IMG/VR virus record: IMGVR_UViG_3300028591_000186
Length of the DNA: 20,000 bases
Strand: one strand, 5' to 3'
DNA from: an uncultured virus (IMG/VR IMGVR_UViG_3300028591_000186)
Lineage: Duplodnaviria; Heunggongvirae; Uroviricota; Caudoviricetes
In this document: positions 6,921 through 15,570 of the stretch, piece by piece
Position numbering within the stretch: the first letter of the stretch is position 1
Layout of the letters: each line of letters begins with the position of its first letter
Notes under the pieces: model-generated
Database searches by the model: none
What the model was told of the DNA's origin: nothing
Seen by the model: only the letters and a program-made list of their open reading frames with translations
Program-made: the position numbers and the translations under genes

Positions 6921-8060
6921 ATGGAACAGATGATAGTCACAGCTAAAATTCAGATATCCGTTAGTGCAGACAATAAGGTTCTACTTGATAAAACCATGTC
7001 TGTTTATTCTGATGCATGTAATTTTGTATCTGAATATGTGTTCCGTACTCATGACCTTAAACAGTTTTCTCTTAATAAGGTTTTGTACTCCACACTCCGA
7101 GAGAGATTTGGACTCAAATCACAGATGGCTCAGTCTGTATTTAAAACTGTTATCGCAAGATATAAGACCATTCTTGAAAATCAGAAAGAGTGGATTCAGC
7201 CATCTTTCAAGAAGCCACAGTATGACCTTGTATGGAACAGGGATTATTCCCTTACACAAAACTGTTTCTCGGTTAATACTCTGAATGGTCGTGTTAAACT
7301 TACTTATTTCGCTGAGGGTATGTCTAAATATTTTGACCACACAATCTATAAGTTCGGCACAGCTAAGCTCGTAAACAAGTATGGCAAATATTTTTTGCAT
7401 ATCCCTGTTTCTTATGATATCGAGGAAAGTAATATCTCTGATATCTGCAATGTTGTAGGCATTGACAGAGGTATTAACTTTGTTGCTGCCACTTATGATA
7501 GTAAGCACAAGTCTGGTTTTGTAAGCGGTAAAGCCATCAAGCAGAAACGTGCAAGCTACGCCAAACTTCGCAAGGAACTCCAAATGCGTCAGACTCCATC
7601 ATCAAGACGTAGGCTCAAAGCTATCGGTCAGCGAGAAAACCGTTGGATGCAGGATGTAAACCATCAAGTATCAAAGGCACTCGTTGAAAGCAATCCGAAG
7701 CATACGCTCTTTGTTCTTGAAGATTTGTCCGGTGTCCGTAATGCTACAGAGCGTGTCAGAACCAAAGACCGCTATGTTTCTGTATCGTGGTCTTTCTACG
7801 ACCTTGAACAGAAGCTAATTTACAAAGCAAAACAGAATCAATCAACTGTTATTAAGGTTGACCCTCGTTATACAAGTCAGTGCTGCCCTGTATGCGGACA
7901 CATTGAAAAAGCCAATCGTGATAAGAAGATACATCTGTTTACTTGTAAGAACTGTGGCTATAAATCAAACGATGACCGCGTTGGAGCTATGAATCTGTAC
8001 CGCATGGGAATCAACTATCTCGAAGATAGACAAGTACCTGATACAGTTACGGCAGAGTAA
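6921..8060 (+). CDS. tnpB: RNA-guided endonuclease TnpB
   Basis: RuvC-I VGIDRG, RuvC-II VLEDL, zinc finger CPVC..CKNC and RuvC-III NDDRVGAMN, so the D-E-D triad is intact. The likely start is ATG 6921 after GAGGT; the ORF track starts at 6909. Confidence 0.95.
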   Translation: MEQMIVTAKIQISVSADNKVLLDKTMSVYSDACNFVSEYVFRTHDLKQFSLNKVLYSTLRERFGLKSQMAQSVFKTVIARYKTILENQKEWIQPSFKKPQYDLVWNRDYSLTQNCFSVNTLNGRVKLTYFAEGMSKYFDHTIYKFGTAKLVNKYGKYFLHIPVSYDIEESNISDICNVVGIDRGINFVAATYDSKHKSGFVSGKAIKQKRASYAKLRKELQMRQTPSSRRRLKAIGQRENRWMQDVNHQVSKALVESNPKHTLFVLEDLSGVRNATERVRTKDRYVSVSWSFYDLEQKLIYKAKQNQSTVIKVDPRYTSQCCPVCGHIEKANRDKKIHLFTCKNCGYKSNDDRVGAMNLYRMGINYLEDRQVPDTVTAE

Positions 8061-8212
8061 ATCTTTGTCGTAAGGGGCGGTGTCAACCGTCCCATGATGC
8101 GACCCCACGGAAGTTACACCGACAAAATGTAGGAGTTATTGCAACGAACTACAGGGGAGTCGCAAGCCCATTACCTTTAGGTGATGGGTAGTTGACAATA
8201 CTTTTCACCTTT
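8061..8212 (+). ncRNA. TnpB omegaRNA (reRNA) scaffold plus guide; 5' boundary uncertain
   Basis: GC-rich stems GGGCGGT/ACCGTCCC and TGCGAC/GTCGCA, the right-end hairpin, and GTCAAC (8082-8087) complementary to the terminal GTTGAC (8191-8196). The guide would be the flank AATACTTTTCACCTTT. Confidence 0.7.
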
Positions 8213-8232
8213 TAATCCTTAATCAGATCCCT

Positions 8233-8275
8233 AAAAAAAGGGATACCCGTGTATTTCTACATGGATATCCCTTTT
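8233..8275. terminator. Bidirectional intrinsic terminator
   Basis: AAAAGGGATA...TATCCCTTTT arms with an inner stem, an A7 tract on the left and T4 on the right. Confidence 0.7.
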
Positions 8276-8300
8276 GTCAAGAATTAATTCAATATCCATG

Positions 8301-8597
8301 TTAATATAATTTTCTTTTTCTCCTGCCTCTTGGTTTAATTTCTGGTTTAACCATTATTTCTTGTAAAACAGATGCTATTTCAGATTTATAACTAGAACAA
8401 TCCTTCATCGGAATCTTTTCAAGAATAGAAGATGCCTTATCTTTATTCAATAATTTCATATTATAAGCAGATATTGTATTCGCTATCTCTTTACAACTCT
8501 CAGTATCATATAACATCTTCCAAGATGGCCCATTACTACAATGCGGGCAGAATTTATATTTATTTCCACAAACCGGACATTCTCTTATTTCGGACAT
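8301..8597 (-). CDS. Small zinc-binding phage protein
   Basis: 98 aa with CPVC-x6-CPHC, a basic C-terminus and RBS GAGGT. Confidence 0.7.
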   Translation of the reverse strand: MSEIRECPVCGNKYKFCPHCSNGPSWKMLYDTESCKEIANTISAYNMKLLNKDKASSILEKIPMKDCSSYKSEIASVLQEIMVKPEIKPRGRRKRKLY

Positions 8598-8614
8598 AAT
8601 ATTTACCTCATACT

Positions 8615-8646
8615 AAAATAAAGGCCGCCTTGTAATAAAGCGGCCT
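8615..8646 (-). terminator. Terminator-like hairpin after the major tail gene
   Basis: AGGCCGC/GCGGCCT arms (8622-8628/8640-8646) followed on the minus strand by TTATTTT. Confidence 0.55.
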
Positions 8647-8659
8647 ATTATTATCTATA

Positions 8660-9904
8660 TTATGCCTCAAGAGTAAGTCCGGAGAGACTAAACTTCTGAG
8701 TCTTCTCACCATCAGGAGTAGTCGTAACAACAACAAACTTCTGAGCGTCCTTATCTGTAACTTTAAATGCTCCATTTCTATCAGGATCATTGATAATCTC
8801 AACAAGACCAGAACCTTGTGAAGGATCAAGTCCGACTTTTACGGAGGTAGCATTTGCATCTATATCAGTAAACTTCAGAGCAATAAAGTGTCCTTCACCC
8901 CAAGAATCTACAAGAGCACCAGACTCAAGCTTCTTAAGAGTACCTGTTATTGCACCATCAGCTACAACTACATCATTCGCCTGAAGATCACTTACAGGAG
9001 TTCCAAACATTGAAAATGTAGGAACCTCAGCCGCTACGGTAACATCGCTTATCTCATCCTCAGTCTCAGCTCCGGGAAGATTTATATCCTGATTGATTTT
9101 TGCATCATATTCATCTGAATCCTCTGCAATAGCAATGTAAAACAGAAGCTGATTCTTAGCGCAATAATCCTTGAACGCCTGAGCCGTAAAACTCTGTGCT
9201 GATTCAGTATCTACTGTCCAATCGAAATCAGGTGCCATCTGGAAACGAGGGAATACAGCGTAAAGAGCCAAAGTTGTCTCAGCGTCACAAACATCAGAGC
9301 AAAGTATACGGAATGTAGCCTTGCACTCCTTCGGGAACGAAGATCCATCCTGATTAACTCTAACTGCAACGTTGCCCTCAGCAACCTGATAGTCATATTT
9401 AATCTGTACAGAAGGTGTTGCATCCGTAGGAAGCATAATTGAAGTTACACCATCTACAGTAGATATAGCATATGTACCAGCTCCTGCAACGGTGCCTCTT
9501 GTATACCTCAAATCTATATTTGGAAGGCCATTGTCATATGTGCCGTAAACAGACAGAGTTCCCTCAATAGGAGTATCCGGCAGCTTAAGAGCAGAGTCTG
9601 ACTTAGCAACCTGAAGAATACGAGGAAGTACTACATCAGCATTCTTTATAATATCAGAACCTGTCTGAAGAGACATAAGGTTCAGAGAAAGAACTGCATT
9701 CTCGCCTGTTATCTCAACATTCTTCGCCGTATAGAATCTCTTTATAATATTACCAACCGCATCTGTCTTATCTTTAGTTTCAGAAGTCGTATTAATCGAG
9801 AAATTCTGAACCTGGTCAAGAACAGCCAGAAGCTTATTATTCTTATCCTCAAACTGTCCGTCAACCACACGGTCGATAACCAGCTTATCAAGATTAAGTT
9901 CCAT
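8660..9904 (-). CDS. Major tail (tube) protein with a C-terminal accessory domain
   Basis: 414-aa acidic, beta-rich protein located after the head-tail joining genes, with RBS AAAGGGG. Assignment by synteny and composition. Confidence 0.65.
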   Translation of the reverse strand: MELNLDKLVIDRVVDGQFEDKNNKLLAVLDQVQNFSINTTSETKDKTDAVGNIIKRFYTAKNVEITGENAVLSLNLMSLQTGSDIIKNADVVLPRILQVAKSDSALKLPDTPIEGTLSVYGTYDNGLPNIDLRYTRGTVAGAGTYAISTVDGVTSIMLPTDATPSVQIKYDYQVAEGNVAVRVNQDGSSFPKECKATFRILCSDVCDAETTLALYAVFPRFQMAPDFDWTVDTESAQSFTAQAFKDYCAKNQLLFYIAIAEDSDEYDAKINQDINLPGAETEDEISDVTVAAEVPTFSMFGTPVSDLQANDVVVADGAITGTLKKLESGALVDSWGEGHFIALKFTDIDANATSVKVGLDPSQGSGLVEIINDPDRNGAFKVTDKDAQKFVVVTTTPDGEKTQKFSLSGLTLEA

Positions 9905-9919
9905 AATCTAAAACCCCTT

Positions 9920-10708
9920 TCATTTAGTTTTATTATTTATTAGTTTCTTGCCTTTCGGCTTGTATTTATCATCACTGTATGTCCATGTCATATCTGTGCT
10001 AGATATATCTTTAGTGTCTACAAAACCAGACATACTGCCTTGCATAAGAGCAACAGCAGCTTTCTTACCTTGTATTTGTGTAAAAGATTTCATAAGCTGA
10101 TATAACGTAAGGCCATATACAGTTTCATATGTATATGAAAATTCCTCGGTATTCACCAAGGAAACAATTATGTCGAATATCATCGACTCAGATTCATCTT
10201 GTTTTTTTGCATTGCGTTTTCGTTCTTTTCTATCATCTATTATCATGATTTTAGCGGTAGCTTTATTTGCGGCTTTCTTGTTCTTGTGTTGAAAACCAAT
10301 TAATTCTCTTAAATAAGCTATGAATACTTTATATAGTTCTTCATCGAATACAGCTTGATCTGAAGGTCTATATAAGACAGTTCTTTTGTCTCCATCTTGA
10401 GTTTGTTCTTCCATAAGCCGAAACTCACGGAAATCGAAATCGCCCATAATGATTTTTAATTTGCTTGGATCTATTACAGATAAAAGAATACGGAAAAAAT
10501 CCCATTCAGAAATTTCCATAAAATTAATTCCTAAATCGTCAAGCATACTAGGCATATCCCAAGGAGAAGAGCAAAGTGTCCATGCCGTACTGTAAAAATC
10601 ATCTTCTCCAAACTCTTCAATTTCATCTATTGTAGGCTGCTGTAAAATAAGCCAATCGGTTATCTCAATCGGCTTACCTCTAAGAATTCGATTTTTATTA
10701 AGTACCAA
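9920..10708 (-). CDS. Phage morphogenesis protein (tail-associated; LTLYQL motif)
   Basis: 262-aa ORF with a TTG start, overlapping the upstream stop. Confidence 0.6.
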   Translation of the reverse strand: MVLNKNRILRGKPIEITDWLILQQPTIDEIEEFGEDDFYSTAWTLCSSPWDMPSMLDDLGINFMEISEWDFFRILLSVIDPSKLKIIMGDFDFREFRLMEEQTQDGDKRTVLYRPSDQAVFDEELYKVFIAYLRELIGFQHKNKKAANKATAKIMIIDDRKERKRNAKKQDESESMIFDIIVSLVNTEEFSYTYETVYGLTLYQLMKSFTQIQGKKAAVALMQGSMSGFVDTKDISSTDMTWTYSDDKYKPKGKKLINNKTK

Positions 10709-11255
10709 TTCTTAAGCCCATCGTTCTTCCATTTTTAGTAATAGAGTTTGTAGTATGATTTTCGAATATAAGGGTGCGGCTAGGATAGTCGTTATCTACT
10801 ATACTAGGTTTGTTAGACACCAATTTTAACTGTGTGCCAAAATCATTACAACCGTTAAATTTGTCAATCAAGACTGCGCTAATTAAGTCGTGACGTGGTA
10901 CACTAACCTCAGCAACATTCATATCATCCTTATGACAAAGAATATAAAAAATAATTTGCTGATACTTGATAATCGAATTATCGCGTGACACGTAGTCAAA
11001 AGATGTTTCAAAACAAAGGTAATTTCTTACTTTCGTTTGAACACCGGGTACTAGGAAGTACGGTAAAATAATCTGATTAATATATTCTTCCGGTTCCGCT
11101 TCTGAGCTTTCAAGCTCCTGATCATGAAGAAGATACGCAATTACATTATCTTCTATAAGTTTTTCTTTGATGATCTGTTTATATCTAATATCATCCTCAT
11201 CCGGTATATTACGATAATCTCGGAGTTTTCGAAGTTCCTTATCACTAAGTTTCAT
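10698..11255 (-). CDS. Putative tail completion/terminator protein
   Basis: The ORF track gives 10698-11279. The better start is ATG 11255 after AAGGAGG. Assignment by synteny. Confidence 0.55.
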   Translation of the reverse strand: MKLSDKELRKLRDYRNIPDEDDIRYKQIIKEKLIEDNVIAYLLHDQELESSEAEPEEYINQIILPYFLVPGVQTKVRNYLCFETSFDYVSRDNSIIKYQQIIFYILCHKDDMNVAEVSVPRHDLISAVLIDKFNGCNDFGTQLKLVSNKPSIVDNDYPSRTLIFENHTTNSITKNGRTMGLRIGT

Positions 11256-11265
11256 AACGACCTCC

Positions 11266-12435
11266 TTAATTTCCCGCAATATTCATTTCGATAGAAGAGG
11301 AAATATTACTATTCGTTGTATATTTCAATGTTACTTTTTGCCCAATATAATCGTCTGAACCGATAAATCTGATTTTGAACGAGTCATCATCTTGTTGTTC
11401 TACTGTAAAAAGATCGTCTTTAGGTTGATTTTCTATCATAAAAGACCAATTCCCAGATGTGAAATTCACTTCTTCATCATCCTTGTAAAATTTCACATAG
11501 AATACACGGGCGTTACCATTCACCTTAAATTGATTGTTTTGGACACCCTTATATGTGATTTTACAATAGATGTTAGTAGTATCTTCAATAAGTTCGGTCG
11601 GTTTTATTTTATTATCATAATATGATGCCCACATTCCTATAAGATTTCCATTATCATCATATTCAATATAATCCTTATGTGGATCGAATTGATCCTGAGC
11701 ACAAGTATATCTTGCAATACCGCGTACATTAATATCCTCAACTTTACTAACCGACCAAACTACAGGTGTTTTCCGGTTTTGACTTATAATTATTCTTTGA
11801 TCGTAAAATATAGTTTGTGTTTTGTCATTGTACGGAAGCCAGATAATTTTCTGGTTTTCCGGATTAGTTATTCTGTAATCTTGCCAGATTCCAGAGTTGT
11901 ACGAATTCTGGGATCTTAAAACACACCAACTTTCATATTTATGATTATCATAAACCCATTGAAGCTTATGATTGCATGGGAGTATTAGATACGTGGGGAA
12001 TTGATCACTATAATATCTATACTGATCGACTACCAAATAACGATGAAAAATGCCATTGCCATCCGGAGCTTCAACATACATTCCAATTGGAAATATTGCT
12101 CCTAACGGATCAGCAAATTTTTCCTTATAATACGGTATATTACATTTGTAACTTGGCTTAAACTGAAGATGGAGGGCTATAGTATCTTTTGCAAGAGAAT
12201 TATATTCTATCTCAAATATTTTAACTTCAACAGGAATCTTAGAATGAGACTTTTCTGGATGTAAATTGTCTCTGACAAAAAATTCGTCATCATGATCCTG
12301 ATCGTAAAACCAAGCAGTTTTCGCACTTATATCGTTATACCACGTAGCTTCCATAACATTATCCGATTGTATTTTATGAGCTTGCCCTGTAGTTCTGGCA
12401 TTATTCAGTTTTTTATATATATCAAGACTCGGCAT
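11266..12435 (-). CDS. Putative head closure / head-tail joining protein with a C-terminal Ig-like domain
   Basis: 389 aa with RBS AAGGAGGTG and a beta-rich C-terminus (YIGQKVTLKY). Assignment by synteny. Confidence 0.55.
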   Translation of the reverse strand: MPSLDIYKKLNNARTTGQAHKIQSDNVMEATWYNDISAKTAWFYDQDHDDEFFVRDNLHPEKSHSKIPVEVKIFEIEYNSLAKDTIALHLQFKPSYKCNIPYYKEKFADPLGAIFPIGMYVEAPDGNGIFHRYLVVDQYRYYSDQFPTYLILPCNHKLQWVYDNHKYESWCVLRSQNSYNSGIWQDYRITNPENQKIIWLPYNDKTQTIFYDQRIIISQNRKTPVVWSVSKVEDINVRGIARYTCAQDQFDPHKDYIEYDDNGNLIGMWASYYDNKIKPTELIEDTTNIYCKITYKGVQNNQFKVNGNARVFYVKFYKDDEEVNFTSGNWSFMIENQPKDDLFTVEQQDDDSFKIRFIGSDDYIGQKVTLKYTTNSNISSSIEMNIAGN

Positions 12436-12769
12436 CGTCCACCTCCTTGATATTCAAAACTTCCTTACCAGCATCTAATACAAGCTTTCGATATACAGGG
12501 AAATCAAGTCCGTTTTGATAATTAAGTAAAGCTTCTTCAAGCAAACTTGCTATTGTAACAACTTCCCTCGGATAACCGACCAAGGAATTATAACCATCAA
12601 GCATATATTGGACATTTCTAAAAGCTTTTTCCACATCTACATGATATTCATCAGCAGTATTTGGATCTACAATAAGCAGAAGGAAATATATCTTTTTACG
12701 AAGTTTTTCTTTAGTAAGGTGAATTTGATTTGACTCAAATTCACCATATTTATAAGTTAACTTGTTCAT
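12422..12769 (-). CDS. Phage hypothetical protein
   Basis: 115-aa ORF with an ATGA overlap with the upstream gene. Confidence 0.7.
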   Translation of the reverse strand: MNKLTYKYGEFESNQIHLTKEKLRKKIYFLLLIVDPNTADEYHVDVEKAFRNVQYMLDGYNSLVGYPREVVTIASLLEEALLNYQNGLDFPVYRKLVLDAGKEVLNIKEVDDAES

Positions 12770-13230
12770 GACGTACCCCCAATATAACTATTAGAGATAT
12801 ATCCTCTGTCTTGAACAAAGAATCTTGCCTCTTTGTATACATCATCCATAAGGCCACGAAGTTCAGCTATATGTTGTGCCTGTGAATAATATTTTTGCTC
12901 TTTACCACCAAAGAATTGAGTAGTATTAGTCTTATTCCTAACCTCTTTATGAAGCCATTCATATACCATCCACTTAGCAATAGCATCTATCACAAATCTC
13001 TTATCAGCTTCATCGTCTACTACATATTTCATCTCATAAGATAAAATATGTGTTTCATCATCTAATGTAAGAGAAGAGAATATACGTCTTAAATAAGTCT
13101 CTGCTAAAGCATTATGAAGATATTCTGTCATAAGGGAGAAAGAATCACTGATACTAAGATTAGCAAATTCATAATCTGTTATATTTCCTAAAAAGTTTTC
13201 AAATATTACTTGATAATCTATAGAGGTCAT
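12766..13230 (-). CDS. Putative head-tail adaptor (connector) protein
   Basis: 154-aa helical protein with RBS GGAGGTG and the motif YSQAQHIAEL, two genes after the capsid gene. Confidence 0.6.
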   Translation of the reverse strand: MTSIDYQVIFENFLGNITDYEFANLSISDSFSLMTEYLHNALAETYLRRIFSSLTLDDETHILSYEMKYVVDDEADKRFVIDAIAKWMVYEWLHKEVRNKTNTTQFFGGKEQKYYSQAQHIAELRGLMDDVYKEARFFVQDRGYISNSYIGGTS

Positions 13231-13246
13231 ATTTCACCTCCCGACA

Positions 13247-13837
13247 TTATTTGTCGCCAAACAATTCACTCAGAAGATTAAAATCTGCACCGAAAATATC
13301 AGAAAGCACACGAGCTGAAGCAATACTGTCCATTGATCCATTAGCAATCGCAGTAGCAGCCATCGTCCTAAGAGTATCTTTTGCTCCATCGGGGAGCTTT
13401 TCGATCTCTATTCTCATCTGTTCTGCCGGAAGTTTAAGAATCTGCTTCAGATCACCTCTGCTATACATGTTATTATATGCTTCAACTACTTGCGGGAATT
13501 CCTCAAGGAAATCCTTGTCATCGATTATAATCCTCGGCATAAAAATATATTCCGAACGACTACGCACAAGATGAACAAGATCTATGTATTCTATGTCACA
13601 CTCCGCTCCATACTCATTAAAACGGTAGTAAGTTTCAGTCTTTGCACCGATAATACCCAAACCGCCAGTAGTAACAGAGTGACATAGAATGTAATCATGA
13701 TCATCAAATTCCTTTGACTTAGAATTATTTCTTTTATTCTCAACTGATTTCTCTTCTTCAACAGGAATATTTTCCTCAATCTCAGGAGTCTCTTTTACTT
13801 CCTGTTCTTGAACTGTTTTCTTCTTTGTATATGCCAT
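13247..13837 (-). CDS. Phage hypothetical protein downstream of the capsid gene
   Basis: 196 aa with RBS AAGGAGG and a charged, probably disordered N-terminus. Confidence 0.7.
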   Translation of the reverse strand: MAYTKKKTVQEQEVKETPEIEENIPVEEEKSVENKRNNSKSKEFDDHDYILCHSVTTGGLGIIGAKTETYYRFNEYGAECDIEYIDLVHLVRSRSEYIFMPRIIIDDKDFLEEFPQVVEAYNNMYSRGDLKQILKLPAEQMRIEIEKLPDGAKDTLRTMAATAIANGSMDSIASARVLSDIFGADFNLLSELFGDK

Positions 13838-13871
13838 TTTAGGCCTCCTTTTAATCGTAAACTGTTATTTA

Positions 13872-14999
13872 TTACGGAGTTATAGTCCACTGGCCAAAAT
13901 ATCTCCCCGGACGGAAAGCAACACCAAACTCTCTCTGAGCTTCATACTTCTTAGTATCATCAATACGTCCGTCCGCCTCGCCTCTCTCGTTAATTTCGTC
14001 AATGATTGTCTCTCCGACATCCACGAAATCAACGATCTTGTTTTCACCAGCAGCAAAGAAATAAAGTTTACTATTATCAAACTCATATGTCGGGCCAGCA
14101 GTCGTAAGAGTCTTAAATCTCTGAGGTATCTCAACAAGAGTATAACGGCCATAATTACCAAGACGGCTATTACTAGCAACATCTTCCTTCATAGAATTTG
14201 CAATCCAGTTAACCTGAATAAGATTTTCAAGCTCCTGAAGCGCAAGCATCGTACCCATGATTACAACATCGGCATTGTTATTAGCAATACTTACATTCAT
14301 AGGTATCCGATTAAACTGTCTCCTTACAGTAGCAGTATTTGCAAGTGCACCACTGTCCACAAAACCTGTCTGGACAGGAAGCTTAGTAACTGCATTACTT
14401 ACCTCTGTAAAAATAAGACGCTGAATTACTTTAATGAACGCTTCAGTTATCTTTGTAACAAGCTTATCCCAAGGCTCACGGCCAAGAATAAACAGATCTA
14501 TATCAGCACCGACGGCCGCACCGTAAACATCGGTATCAATGCTATAAGTCCTGCCGGGCATCAGTCTCTGAAGGATTGTATCATGATGCCTCTTACCCAT
14601 ACGTCCAACAGAAAGAATTACATTATCATCCTCAACCACGAACAGGTTCTCATCACCTGCTGCAAGATTCTTCTCATTTACAAGAGCATTGAACCACTCG
14701 TTTGCCTGAAGACCAAGTGATACCGTAATATCTATAGCCTCTTCAACTATTGCATAAACCTGACGGTCATGATCCTTATGTGCATAACGAAGCTGTCTAG
14801 GAGTAGGCTTCTCAACACCATCAAGACCATAGCATCCCTTCAGAAGATTACGAAGCTTATCATTAGCTTCAGCATATGAAAGCCCGTCAAGATTACCTGT
14901 AAACAGGTCTATCATAAGATTCTTAGCTTCCTCATATGTCGCATCATACTTTGCGAAAATATCCTTTGAAAGCTGATCAAAAGTTACTATATTTGACAT
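13872..14999 (-). CDS. Major capsid protein
   Basis: The ORF track gives 13872-15035. The likely start is ATG 14999 (MSNIV) after AAAGGAGG, giving 375 aa. Follows the protease/scaffold and decoration genes. Confidence 0.75.
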   Translation of the reverse strand: MSNIVTFDQLSKDIFAKYDATYEEAKNLMIDLFTGNLDGLSYAEANDKLRNLLKGCYGLDGVEKPTPRQLRYAHKDHDRQVYAIVEEAIDITVSLGLQANEWFNALVNEKNLAAGDENLFVVEDDNVILSVGRMGKRHHDTILQRLMPGRTYSIDTDVYGAAVGADIDLFILGREPWDKLVTKITEAFIKVIQRLIFTEVSNAVTKLPVQTGFVDSGALANTATVRRQFNRIPMNVSIANNNADVVIMGTMLALQELENLIQVNWIANSMKEDVASNSRLGNYGRYTLVEIPQRFKTLTTAGPTYEFDNSKLYFFAAGENKIVDFVDVGETIIDEINERGEADGRIDDTKKYEAQREFGVAFRPGRYFGQWTITP

Positions 15000-15024
15000 T
15001 TTACTGTTTCCTCCTTTCCTAAAA

Positions 15025-15507
15025 TTAAGATGCAATTACAAGCTTACCGCTTGTTGCGTTAGCGGAAACCGACTTGCCTATAGAACTAGCACTAGGAGGT
15101 GTAGTAAATCCTTCTGCACTAAGCTCAAAAATGTCACCCTTATGAAGGGCATAACCACGAACCGTGTCACCCTCTTTGTTATAGAAGTTCTTAGGATCCG
15201 TAAAACGAGCATCATAATCAATACCCATCTCAGGAACTTCAAGAATAAGAATTGCATCAGCAGGATTAGTAACTTCAACATAGTAATTGCCGTCAGCCGC
15301 CTGATCGACTATTACACCCGCAAAAGCAGTAGGAGCCGCAGCTTCCTCATAAAGATCAAATTCTACCCAATCACCCTTTCCACGGATAACACCATTATCA
15401 CGGTCAGCAGTAAGCAGAATATTATAAATATGCTCTCCGCCATTTCCGGCAAGAAGCTTGCTCTGGAAGGCATAAGCATGTTTTGTAATTGTCATATTAT
15501 ATGCCAT
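15025..15507 (-). CDS. Putative capsid decoration/stabilising protein
   Basis: 160 aa between scaffold and capsid genes, with RBS AAAGGAG and the motif FYNKEGDTVRGYALHKGDIFELS. Confidence 0.6.
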   Translation of the reverse strand: MAYNMTITKHAYAFQSKLLAGNGGEHIYNILLTADRDNGVIRGKGDWVEFDLYEEAAAPTAFAGVIVDQAADGNYYVEVTNPADAILILEVPEMGIDYDARFTDPKNFYNKEGDTVRGYALHKGDIFELSAEGFTTPPSASSIGKSVSANATSGKLVIAS

Positions 15508-15537
15508 GACGATATTTCTCCTTTCGTAAAATTACGC

Positions 15538-15561
15538 AAAAAAAAAAGAGCCTTGCGGCTC
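15538..15561 (-). terminator. GNRA-capped hairpin plus U10 between the scaffold and decoration genes
   Basis: Minus strand GAGCC-GCAA-GGCTC followed by 10 T. Confidence 0.65.
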
Positions 15562-15570
15562 GAATTCTCT

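Larger units (their letters stand above)
6725..8196 (+). mobile_element. IS200/IS605-family element, tnpB-only (IS1341-type), non-autonomous
   Basis: Related subterminal hairpins CCCACCGCCC-tt-GGGCGGTGGG (6757-6778) and CCCATTACCT-tt-AGGTGATGGG (8167-8188). By the IS608 guide/cleavage pairing rule, guide CAAG (8163-8166) predicts right end TGAC, seen at 8193-8196. Guide GAAA (6753-6756) predicts target TCAT, seen at 6721-6724. No tnpA is present. Confidence 0.8.

Noticed and set aside
6964..7583. ORFs 6964-7284 (+) and 7119-7583 (-) as a possible tnpA
   Set aside because: Both lie inside tnpB and lack the HUH and catalytic Tyr motifs of Y1 transposases.
6921..8060. TnpB as a Cas12f/CRISPR effector or a nuclease-dead TldR regulator
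   Set aside because: No CRISPR array was seen in the window, both IS ends are present and the catalytic triad is intact.
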